Origin: Mobula hypostoma
Taxonomy: Eukaryota
Reading direction: 5' to 3'
Assembly (NCBI RefSeq): GCF_963921235.1
Contig: NC_086097.1
Coordinates: 85,562,001 to 85,626,000 of the forward strand
DNA: 64,000 nt
Both the position numbers and the translations under genes were made by a program. Position 1 is the stretch's first letter. Each line of letters begins with the position of its first letter. Below the pieces are notes generated by a model. It saw only the letters and a list, made by a program, of their open reading frames with translations, searched no databases and was not told the DNA's origin. This document shows, piece after piece, positions 48,370 through 59,158 of the stretch.

Positions 48370-51330
48370 ATACCCTTGTTTACAATGAAGAGAGGGCAGA
48401 TAGTCACTGGACAGCAATCATAAATAGGAACCCTACGAAAAGTACCAAATACTGGTCTTAAGGTGTTATACTTAAATGCACGCAGCATAAGGAATAAGGT
48501 GGGTGATCTTATCGTACAGCTACAGATTGGCAGGTATGATATTGTGGCCATCACTGAGACCTGGCTAAAGGATGCGTGTCTCTAGGAGCTGAACATCAAA
48601 GGATACACGGTGTATCGGAAGGATAGGAAGGTAGGCAGAGGGGGAGGCGTGGCTTTATTGGTAAGAAATGATATTAAATCATTAGAAAGAGGTGATATAG
48701 GATCGGAAGGTGCAAAATCTTTATGGGTTGAGCTAGGAAATTGCAGGGGTAAAAGGACCCTGATGGCAGTTATTTATAGGCCTCCAAACAGCTGCAGGGA
48801 TGTGGACTACAAATTACAACAGGAAATAGAAAAGGCTTGTCAGAAGGGCAGTGTTATGATAATTGTGGGGGATTTTAACATGCGAGTGGATTGGGAAAAT
48901 CAGGTCGGCACTGGATCTCAAGAGAGAGAATTCGTAGAATGTCTGCGAGATGGCTTTTTAGAACAGCTTGTTGTTGAGCCCACTAGGGGATCGGCTGTAC
49001 TGGATTGGGTATTGTGTAATGAACCGGAGGTGATTAGAGAGATTGAGGTGAAGGAACCCTTAGGAGACAGTGATCATAACATGATTGAGTTCACTGTGAA
49101 ATTTGAAATAGAGAAGCCGAAATCTGATGTGTCGGTATTTCAGTGGAGTAAAGGAAATTACAGTGGCATGAGAGAGGAACTGGCCAAAGTTGACTGGAAA
49201 GGGACACTAGCGGGAAAGACAGCAGAGCAGCAGTGGCTGGAGTTTATGCGAGAAGTGAGGAAGGTGCAAGACAGGTATATTCCAAAAAAGAAGAAATTTT
49301 CAAATGGAAAAATGATGTATCCGTGGTTGACAAGAGAAGTTAAAGCAAAGAGAGGGCATACAAGGAAGCAAAAATTAGTGGGAAGGCAGAGGATTGGAAA
49401 GTTTTTAAAACCTTACAAAAGGAAACCAAGAAGGTCATTAAGAGGGAAAAGATTAACTATGAAAGGAAGCTAGCAAATAATATCAAAGAGGATACTAAAA
49501 GCTTTTTCAAGTATATAAAGAGTAAAAGACAGGTGAGAGTAGATATAGGACTGATAGAAAATGATGCTGGAGAAATTGTAACGGGAGATAAGGAGATGGT
49601 AGAGGAACTGAACGAGTATTTTGCATCAGTCTTCACTGGGGAAGATATCAGAAGTATACCGGACACTCAAGGGTGGCAGGGAAGAGAAGTGTGCTTAGTC
49701 ACAATTACGACAGGGAAAGTACTCAGGAAGCTGAATAGGCTAAAGGTCGATAAATCTCCTGGACCAGATGGAATGCACCCGCGTGTTCTGAAGGAAGTAG
49801 CTGTGGAGATTGCGGAGGCATTAGCAATGATCTTTCAAAAGTCGATAGGTTCTGGCATGGTTCCGGAGGACTGGAAGATTGCAAATGTCACTCTGCTATT
49901 TAAGAAGAGAGCAAGGAAGCAAAAAGGAAATTATAGACCTGTTAGCTTGACATCGGTGGTTGGGAAGTTGTTGGAGTTGATTGTCAAGGATGAGGTTACA
50001 GAGTACCTGGAAGCATATGACAAGATAGGCAGAACTCAGCATGGATTCCTTGAAGGAAAATCCTGCCTGACAAACCTATTACAATTTTTTGAGGAAATTA
50101 CTAGTAGGCTAGACAAGGGAGATGCTGTGGATGTTGTATATTTGGATTTTCAGAAGGCCTTTGACAAGGTGCCACACATGAGGCTACTTAACAGGATAAG
50201 AGCCCATGGAATTACGGGAAAGTTACATACATGGATAGAGCGTTGGCTGATTGGCAGGAAACAGAGAGTGGGAATAAAGGGATCCTATTCTGGTTGGCTG
50301 CTGGTTACCAGTGGTGTTCCACAGGGGTCCGTGTTGAGGCTGCTTCTTTTTACATTGTACATCAACGATTTGGATTATGGAATAGATGGCTTTGTGGCTA
50401 AGATTGCTGACGATACGAAGATAGGTGGAAGGGCCGGTAGTGCTGAGGAAAAGGAGAGTCTCAGAGAGACTTGGATAGATTGGAAGAATGGGCAAAGAAG
50501 TGGCAAATGAAGTACAATGTTGGAAAGTGTGTGGTTATGCACTTTGGCAGAAGTAATAAATGGGCAGACTATTATTTAAATGGGGAAAGAATTCAAAGTT
50601 CTGAGATGGAACGGGACTTGGGCGTCCTCGTACAGGATACCCTTAAGGTTAACCTCCAGGTTGAGTCAGTAGTGAAGAAGGTGAATGTAATGTTGGCATT
50701 CATTTCTAGAGGAATAGAGTATAGGAGCAGGGATGTAATGTCGAGACTCTATAAGGCGCTGGTGAGACCTCACTTTGAGTACTGTGGGCGGTTTTGGTCT
50801 CCTTATTTAAGAAAGGATGTGCTGACGTTGGAGAGGGTACGGAGAAGATTCACTGGAATGATTCCGGGAATGAGAAGTTTAGCGTATGAGAAACGATTGT
50901 CCGCTCTTGGACTGTATTCCTTGGAGTTTAGAAGAATGAGGGGAGACCTCATAGAAACATTTCAAATGTTGAAAGGCATGGACAGAGTGGATGTGGCAAA
51001 GTTGTTTCCCATGATGGGGGAGTCTCGTACGAGAGGGCATGACTTAAGGATTGAAGGGCGCGCATTCAGAACAGAAATGCGAAGAAATTTTTTTAGTCAG
51101 AGGGTGGTGAATCTATGGAATTTGTTGCCACGGGCAGCAGTGGAGGCCAAGTCATTGGGTGTATTTAAGGCAGAGATTGATAGGTATCTGAGTAGCCAGG
51201 GCATCAAAGGTTATGGTGAGAAGGTGGGAGTGTGGGACTAAATGGGAGAATGGATCAGCTCATGATAAAATGGCGGAGCAGACTCAATGGGCTGAATGGC
51301 CGACTTCTGCTCCTTTGTGTTATGGTCTTA
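48370..51330 (+). mobile_element. CR1 LINE, nearly complete ORF2 (APE + RT) and 3' UTR; relatively young
   Basis: [60 protein letters not shown]. ORFs 48610-49473, 49533-50510 and 50471-51241. Confidence 0.93.
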
Positions 51331-51399
51331 TTCAATTAATCCTCTGTGTATCCCAGGAAGCAGAAAGAACACATTCTCAGTGAAATGCACCTTACACAA

Positions 51400-52108
51400 G
51401 CACAATAGCATAGTGGTTCATGTAACACTATGACAGCATCCTTAAGATTGTTAGAGCTGGGGGTGGTAATGGCGAAAAACTCCCACTACCTATTAAATGC
51501 TCTCAATGACGTGCACCTCAAATAACCTCTGACAACCAAATCCAGCTGCTGGCCTTCACATGTGGCTTAACTACTAAGCCCAGCAGAACCATTTCTGCTG
51601 ACGAGAAAGGGCAAAGGGAGCTCATCAGCCGTGGTTGACAACTCATCTAGGAGAAGGAAAACTCTGATCTCAAAGTTCAGCTGCCTTGCAGCTAAATACA
51701 CTCATAGGAAAGACTTTGGGAGCAAACCCCAAGGAAAAAATCTAGAGCTGGATTCCCTAAGGCAGCCTTACGTTGAGTTCAATGCTGACTGGCAACTCCT
51801 GCGATGTTGCTGATACAGTCTCTGCCATTCTTTTGGGTACATCAGATGCATGGAGAGAGGGAGCTTGCTGTATGGGCAACAGCTCGCTCTCCATAACGTA
51901 CTGCCCAGGCTTGCATATCTAGACAGCTAGGGTGCAATATCCATAGTCGACCCTATCCGACGGAGGCCTCGCTCACTCGTGACAGCATCATGACCCAGCT
52001 TCAGTTCCACTACTGCCTGTAAGAAATTTGAGTGTTCATTCCGTAATGACTTGGGTTTCCTCCCGATGCTCTGGTTTCCTCCCACATTCCAAAGAGGTAT
52101 GGGTTAGT
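51400..52108 (+). mobile_element. V-SINE interrupted by a 539-bp insertion
   Basis: Head gcacaatagcatagtggttcatgtaacac and core gggtttcctcccgatgctctggtttcctcccacattccaaaga at 52050-52095. Confidence 0.65.
51441..51979 (+). mobile_element. Non-autonomous element resembling an RTE-clade 5' UTR or RTE-mobilised SINE
   Basis: 10-bp TSD tgacagcatc (51431-51440 and 51980-51989). Contains tctaggagaaggaaaactctgat, a motif I associate with RTE 5' UTRs. Confidence 0.5.
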
Positions 52109-52109
52109 G

Positions 52110-52172
52110 TAGTACTGTGCAAAAGTCTTAGACACATATAGCTAGAGTACCTAAGACTTTTGCACAATACTC
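52110..52172. mobile_element. Tc1/mariner-type mini-MITE
   Basis: Inverted repeat agtactgtgcaaaagtcttag / ctaagacttttgcacaatact around a ~19-bp spacer. Confidence 0.75.
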
Positions 52173-52445
52173 TATTTGTCAATGTGGAGTGGAGAGCGAG
52201 TTTGTAAATCTGGTGGGAACAAAGGATGTTAAAAAAGGTAAGAGTGGAGTGCCGCTGGAGGGGTATACGACAGGTGGCAGAGAAGGAGTGTCATGGGTGG
52301 AGGGTGGTGTAGGTACAGACTCACCCAGCACTGAAACACCAGGCAAGGTAATTTGATTCCAACAATTGGTTTATTGATCATAACAGAAAATCTCTCTGGT
52401 CCTTCCCACTCCTTCCCCTCTCCCTTCCTCTTTTCACAAACATAA

Positions 52446-53290
52446 GTCAAAGTATTGAAAGAATTGAAAGTACATTTATTATCAAATATATAAATGATAC
52501 AACCTTAAGATTTGTTTGCTTACAGGCAGTCACAAAGTGAGGAACCCAAACGAACCCAATTAGAAAAAAGACCAACCTACCCATAATGCACAGAGAGAAA
52601 AAAAAACAAATCATGCAAACAATAGAAGCGAGCAACAGCATTCCAAAACAAATTGAGTCCTTAGATCCAAATCCTTGGAGCAGCCCAGAGTAGGCCTAAA
52701 GCCTCAGTATTCTTGTTCTGTTCATCATATTAGCAGGACAAATTGGCGCAAAGTTCACAGACACGAAGCGCAGCAGCCTGGGGCAGTCTCACAGGGTTAG
52801 TGTCATGGGGAGAGGATCCGCCAGTCTGTCTGGGTCAGCGTTTAAATTGTCCAAGCAGCAGATCACGCCTCATACTAGGACCTGGGCCCCACCGCAGCCA
52901 ATCGCTCCAGGCCTAGATTTTGCTGCCAAAGCCGTTCATGACCTCTCCAAATCAGCTTGGCACCCAGAGCGATCCAGCCTCGCCCTACTCTCCGCACCTA
53001 GCCCTTCCAGTCTATATGGGCTGGCAGTTAGGTTATCCAAACAGCAAATTCAACCTCACATTAGGGCTTGGGCCTTGCTGCAGTGCATCACTCGGCCTTG
53101 TATGCACCATCCAGCTATTCACTTGGACCCGGATTTCACTGCCAAGGAAGCCATTCTCGACCTCTCCAAATCAGCTTGGCACTTAGAGCAATCCAGCCTC
53201 GCACCTGGACGGGCATCGGAACTCCTCTGTCCCATCTTCTCCCCTCCAAGTTGTCCACTCCAACCAGCATGGCTCCACCTCCAAGTGCGT
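52446..53290 (-). mobile_element. SINE-like non-autonomous retroposon with an internal duplication
   Basis: Tail attgaaagaattgaaagtacatttattatc. Duplicated block gacctctccaaatcagcttggcac..agagc.atccagcctcgc (about 52940 and 53160). Confidence 0.5.
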
Positions 53291-53294
53291 CGTT

Positions 53295-53495
53295 GATCCT
53301 CTGGGAAAAGCAGTTCCCCCTCATCTCCGTCCTAAATCTACTCCCCTGAACCTTGAGGCTATGTCCCCTAGTTCTAGTCTCACCTACCCGTGGGAACAAC
53401 TTTCCTGCCTCTATCTCTTTCATAATTTTATATGTTTATTCGTTTCTATAAGATCTCCTCTCATTCTTCTGAATTCCAGTGAGTACAGTTCCAGT
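53295..53495 (-). mobile_element. CR1 fragment
   Basis: ORF 53136-53423: KLFPRVGETRTRGHSLKVQGSRFRTEMRGNCFSQR. Confidence 0.75.
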
Positions 53496-53554
53496 GATAT
53501 TTTCTCCCTTATAAATTTACTTAAGTATTGTATCCATGGGATGTATTATTTCAG

Positions 53555-53880
53555 TGGAATGGTGGTGCATCGGGTAGAGCCACAGCCTTACAGTGCCAGT
53601 GACGCATGTCCAACCCTGGCCTCAGCTGCCATCCGTACGGAATTTGCATGTGGTCAAGCGGGTCCAATTTCCTCCCACAATCCAAATGTGGGCTGGCCAC
53701 CGTACACTGCCCCTCATGTACAGGTGAACAGAGAATCAGGGGGAAGTTGATGACAAAGTGGGAGAATGAAAAGTGGGATCGCTATATGATTAGTGTAAAT
53801 GGCTAACTGATGGTCAGCACAGACTTGGTGGGTCCAAGGGGCCTGTTCTCTGGTGCATCTCTCTGTGAGCCCATGACTCT
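53555..53880 (+). mobile_element. Degenerate V-SINE
   Basis: tRNA-like head atggtggtgcatcgggtagagc, core remnant ggaatttgcatgt...tttcctcccacaatccaaa, CR1-like tail gggtccaaggggcctgttctc. Confidence 0.55.
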
Positions 53881-54416
53881 TAAGTATATAAATGCAGTCA
53901 TTCACTCACTGCCAGTTCCTGTGGCAATGCCATTTTTCAATGCATTCCATTTATTTTTTCATTATTCAGTTAAATGATTTAAAGATTCCCATCACTGATT
54001 TCAAATCCTCCTTAGTCTGATTACGTGCTATCTAAATGATCATCCGAGGCCATATGTTCCAGTTCATATTCTCTCCCCTCCTGACTTCAATTACTATTAC
54101 TGAGATTATTCCTGCTGTCACAAACCCTTGACTCATTTGCTCCCCTCCTTTGCCCAGGCAGAATGTCATTGCTGCCATTTCTCTGTTATTATTTTAATGC
54201 ACTCCCTGTTGCTAAACATTAGCAGGTATTTCCCATTATAACAGGTGTTGTACTGGGATTTGACCTTGACCTTAACCCACATTCACCCAGGTGCCTTTCT
54301 CAGCCACTGAGTAAGGGAACAGGAAAATGATTTTCCTGTCCAAAAGGGAAGCTCTCAGAGGTAAACTGATCCAATTCTTCTGTTAAATTTACATATCCCA
54401 TTGAAAGTCTCTAATG

Positions 54417-54700
54417 CGACCCACACAAAACATTGGCAAACTCAGCAGATCAGGCAGTATCTTTGGGAAAAGAATAAACAGTCGGCAATTCGGGCCGAGA
54501 CCCTTCTAAGGCTCCAGCTGCTGCTTCATCTGAAGATTCCATCAAACTGCTCAATCATAATCCTGAAGAAGGGTCTCGGACCGAAACGTCGATTGTTTAC
54601 CCTTTTCCATGGATGCTGCCTGTCGTGCTGTGTTCCTCCAGTGTTTTGTGTGCGTTGCTTTAGATTTACAGCATCTGCAGACTTCCTTATGTTTGTGCTC
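54417..54700. mobile_element. Head-to-head inverted pair of Penelope pLTRs
   Basis: Minus copy 54417-54507 (cacacaaaacattggcaaactcagcag...cgggccgagacccttc), ~50-bp spacer, plus copy 54557-54700 with an intact hammerhead core. Confidence 0.8.
54557..54596 (+). ncRNA. Minimal hammerhead ribozyme motif (plus-strand pLTR)
   Basis: ataatc-CTGAAGA-AGGGTCTCGGACC-GAAA-CGTC-gattgt. Stem I ataatc/gattgt. Confidence 0.65.
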
Positions 54701-55512
54701 GACCCTAATTTTTGATCATCCTCTTCCCTCCTTATAAAGCACTTGGAGGTAAGTAGGATGCTATAGAAATGAAAGTAGTTAGTCATACCTGTACACTTAC
54801 CCTGTGGGCAGTAATGCTACAAATAGCTCTCAAGCCATTAGCGATTCTCCTAAGGTCACATCAGTTCTAAGGTTCTATTTTGGGTTTGAAATGCAATAGC
54901 TAAAGAAGATAGCTTTTGATTTTGCTGATGTATCCTGTCCTGCCTTTTACTGTTTCACTCAGTCAATCACCAGACACGGCCTTATTTTTAATTCATTTGT
55001 GGGGTTGAATGTCACTAGCAAAGCCAGCACTTGTTGCCAACGATAACCAATTGGAAGGGTAAGCCTACTTCAGATAGCAGCAACAACCCCCTGTCTCCGT
55101 GGGGTACATAGTTCAAGTGTAATCCAGACAGCAAGTTAGCAAGGCACCAACATAACTGAGTGAACCGGTTGATTTGTTACATCAGTTCTCCACCTCCATG
55201 ACCATTTTTATTAATACCAGTTCTTTAGGAAAGATTGCACAAACAGGTGATCTTTTCTGTGGAAAAGGTTGTGGGATGAACTCCAGAGTAAATTACAAAT
55301 TATCTTCCATTGACCTGGACTCAAATAATAGGGGAAGAAACTCAGGAGTAATAATTTTATTCAGGGATTAGTCAGACAGTGGAACTTTCTCTAATGTGAC
55401 ATTGTTTGAGGTAAATGATATAGGTACATTCAAAACAAAGCATTTGTGAGATAAAGGAACAAAATAATATAATATACACAAAAGATTATTTTGACCAACA
55501 AAATAATATAAT

Positions 55513-55572
55513 GAACACACAAAATGCTAGAGGAGCTTGGCAGGCCAGGCAGCAGCTATGGAAGGGAATAAG
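55513..55572 (-). mobile_element. Penelope pLTR fragment
   Basis: aacacacaaaatgctagaggagcttggcaggccaggcagcagctatggaagggaataa. Confidence 0.65.
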
Positions 55573-55674
55573 GTAATGGCAGGTTTGGATGAAACAAAGT
55601 TGAAGAAGGTTGCTTAATTTGATTAAAGCCACCTTAGGACTTCAGAGGTCATTTCTTTGCTCAAATTCCGTATG

Positions 55675-55945
55675 TGGCGGAACAGTAGCATAACAGTTAG
55701 TGCAACCCTTTACAGTACCAATGACCTGTGTTCATTTCCTTCCTGTCTTTACTGGCCCCGTGACCATGTGAGTTTCCTCCGGGTGCTTCAGTTTCCTCCC
55801 ACAGTTCAAAGGCGTATCAGTTGGTAGGTTAATCGGTCTTTGTAAATTGTCCCATGATTAGGCTAGGGCTAAATCGGGGGTTGCTGGGTGATACAGTTCA
55901 AGGGTCCGGGAAGGCCTGTTCCACATTGTAGCTCAATAATAATCA
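55675..55945 (+). mobile_element. V-SINE
   Basis: ggcggaacagtagcataacagttagtgcaac...ccccgtgaccatgtgagtttcctccgggtgcttcagtttcctcccacagttcaaag...gaaggcctgttccac..ctcaataa. Confidence 0.75.
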
Positions 55946-56143
55946 TATTAAGCTAGCTGGGTGAGATTGACTCTGTTCTCTGCATTATTAATTTTGTCAT
56001 CCACAATCCTTGACTAGCAACATAACCAGTGCACTGTTTTACTCTATATTAGGCACCGAATGAGGGTGATTCTCCTAGCCAAATGCCATTGACATGGAAC
56101 GTGAATCTTCTAAAGCACAGTGAAATGTCATGCTTCGGTCTGA

Positions 56144-56157
56144 TCAGCAGGGGGCGC
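56144..56157 (+). promoter_or_regulatory. CTCF-like motif
   Basis: tcagcagggggcgc closely matches the CTCF core CCASYAGRKGGCRS (first base differs). Confidence 0.4.
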
Positions 56158-57319
56158 CCGAGTCCTCCAGGCTGTGATGTTCCTCCTCCCCTGATTATTA
56201 GTTGCTTATTTTCACCTGTGTCTTGTTTCAGTTATCAATGCGGCTGTGCCTTGTTTTGTTTCCCCATTTAAGTTCTTGAGTTTAGCTAGCAGATGTGTAG
56301 TGATTCTTTACGAAGCAATCGACAAGTAATGATTCTTTATTCAATCCCATCCTTCTCTCTGCTCATGATTCCACTTGGTGTATGTCCCTCCTGGTAGTCC
56401 ATGGGTTAAAGATATGAAATTTTTCCATAATAGCCCTGGTTCAACCTAGCCAGACAACAACCTTCATTACAGTGAAGACTGCAGTTTATATATAGAACAG
56501 GAAATACAAAAGACATTGAGGTAGGTCTGGCCAAACTTTGATCTTGGCTCTCCGTCTGGATTTTTCTCCCACAAGTTAAAATAACGTTTTCCAGAGCAGC
56601 AGATATGCTGTTTTTCCAAGACTGGTGTTTACAAGCACTAAAATGGCTCAAAATTTGGTTTAGAGTAATGGGGAGGCTAATTGTCCTTGCTGACATGTGT
56701 ATGTAAACACTAGTGAAATTTCAAGAGAGGGCTGATCCCATATTAAACAGATATCAAAGCTTGCCATAGATCATCCTGCTAGTAACTTGCGAAAATGGCA
56801 AATTGTTGTTGTCTCTCCACTGAAGTGTAATTAGAGGTTTGGAGTAGCTGTTTGTTTTTGCTTGATAGGTGTGAACTGAATGCCAGAGATTACCTGAAGC
56901 AGTCTGCATCCTCTCAACATGCTAAATGTTAATTACTGCCAATCAGTCTCTCTAGCACTGGATTACTAAAGAGGAGTTTCCTTCCTTTGGTTCTAAGTTA
57001 TTGTTTCAAATTAAATTAAATTTTTATTAAAAGCTCCCCCTTTGTCTCCTAATCTAATCTTTGTATCCCTCTCTTTGATCCTCTTTCTGTACTTGATTTA
57101 ACATGGAATTTACCTACTAAATTGAGAGCTGTTTCTGTCTGACTGATTAAACATATCCAGTTTGTCTTGCTCATTCAGGCCCGTTATCAGTTTGCCAAGC
57201 TGCTATTAGATCTTAAACAGTAAATTGTCATCCACGGAGTCAGTTTTAGATTCACAGAACTCCTTTGGTTTATCTGCCACATCTTCTATATTTACCAGAC
57301 CAGTTTGTAGAAGCCCTAG

Positions 57320-57620
57320 AGCACCGATCAGGAAAAACAATTCAAACTGACCATGGCAGTTGAGGAAATTAAGTTCAAGTTATTAAATAAATCTGGATTG
57401 TTTATAAATATAACTTCAGGATTAATGAGCATAAAAGACTAGATTGTCATAAAATGCATCTGGTTCATTGATGCTTGACAGGAAATAAAATCACCATGCT
57501 TGATTGCTCTGACATGCATGTTACTCTAAAACCACTAACTTTGACTCTTAACTGCCCCTAGGGTTCTGGACAACAATGCTAACCATTCCGGTGGCAGCTA
57601 CACATCCAATGAATAAATCT
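57320..57620 (+). mobile_element. Ancient degenerate SINE
   Basis: ttcaaact..ccatggcagttg..aataaatctgga...catctggttcattgatg...tgactcttaactgccc...cacatccaatgaataaa. The tail resembles antisense stretches at about 54990 and 47390. Confidence 0.4.
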
Positions 57621-58114
57621 TTTTTTTTAAAGTTGTATTTTCTTCAAGCTTCAATGTGAAACTGACTAATTAGTTACTGTGCCTACTGGGAAGCAGGTTA
57701 TATTTTTACCTGCTTAATATCAAATAAAAGGAAAGTGGGACCTGCAATGTCTAGGACCGTGGTGTTAGTGAACGGGCTGACAAAGCAGTAGCTCAGTCCA
57801 GCAGAGCTCTATTCCAAGCACCTCATCAGATTCTCCACGCTCCGCTAATAACTACTCTAAGCTAGAGAGCTGTCAATCGTATGACCTATGATAGTTACCT
57901 TAAAGGTATAGTTGCCTTCTTACAATCAGTAATTAATGCACTAGAATTCTCCTCCTTTTTAATATGGATGGAAGAAGATTGATAGATGTACAGTACAGTT
58001 ACAGAATTAACAGTATCTTGGGTGCTCTCACTCTTCACTCTCTCCAGGAAGAGGGCTCCTCTCCATGCCTACTGGAGGTGGGAATAACTAGCAATACTGG
58101 TCTTTCTGCAACGC

Positions 58115-58480
58115 CAATGAATAGACTTTATTGTCGCCAAACAATTGATACTAGAGCGTACAATCATCACAGCGATATTTGATTCTGCGCTTTGCGCTCC
58201 CTGGATTACAAATTGATAGTAAATATTAAAAATTTAAATTATAAATCATTAATAGAAAAGGGAAAGTAACGTAGTGCAAAAAACAACCGAGAGGCAGGTC
58301 CGGATATTTGGAGGGTACGGCCCAGATCCGGGTCAGGATCCGTTCAGCGGTCTTCTCACAGTTGGAGAGAAGCTGTTCCCAAATCTGGCCGTACGAGTCT
58401 TCAAGCTCCTCAGCCTTCTCCCCAAGGGAAGAGGGACAAAAAGTGTGTTGACTGGGTGGGTCATATCCTTGACTGGTTGT
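58115..58480 (-). mobile_element. Rex1-like LINE 3' end
   Basis: Antisense encodes SLGEKAEELEDSYGQIWEQLLSN, an alternative frame of the LPSGRR.RS....RF.NSFFP region. Tail aatagactttatt. Confidence 0.6.
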
Positions 58481-59158
58481 GCCAATGAATAAAGATAACT
58501 GAAATTCCATCAGATGGTCATCCTTCACACTGGTTATCTCAGGAACTCTTCAGAACAACATGGTCAACAATTTTATCCAGAATCCTAAATGCTAGTACAA
58601 TATAGTTCATGGCCAATCACAAGCATATCCAGATGCATCTTCATCCACCGATGTCCATGCCCTTTCAAGTACTCATCATAGCCCTGTGAGAGTACATTGC
58701 TTTGTTCTTCAGGCAGCCTTCCTCCCTGACTTGGCTGCACCCCACTTAACCTCTAGTCTACCACTGCAATGTGTCAAGCACCAAAACCTGAGCTGGTAGA
58801 TGAGAAGAGCAGTGTCTTCTTCTCCCTTCCTGGGATGCTGTACCTTGGCAAAGATACTGCCTCAAATAGGATGCCCTATACTTCTGAAGTGATAACGCAT
58901 CTGGTCTTGGGGAGGGTATACACATGGGTTTCATTTGGATCTCCCAAATATTATCAGGCACTGGCAATGAAGGAATATGAGACAAAAGAGCTAGATACAG
59001 GTATAACATCACCTTGAATACATTCTGATCCTCTGATGGTCACCATCTTTATGTCAGCCAGGTCTTTGACAGCAGGCACCCCGTTACAAACGGGAGAGCC
59101 ACTGGCTTTGGAAGGAACGTCTGCCACTTGCTGTTGCAATCTTCAGTTGCTTGCAACA

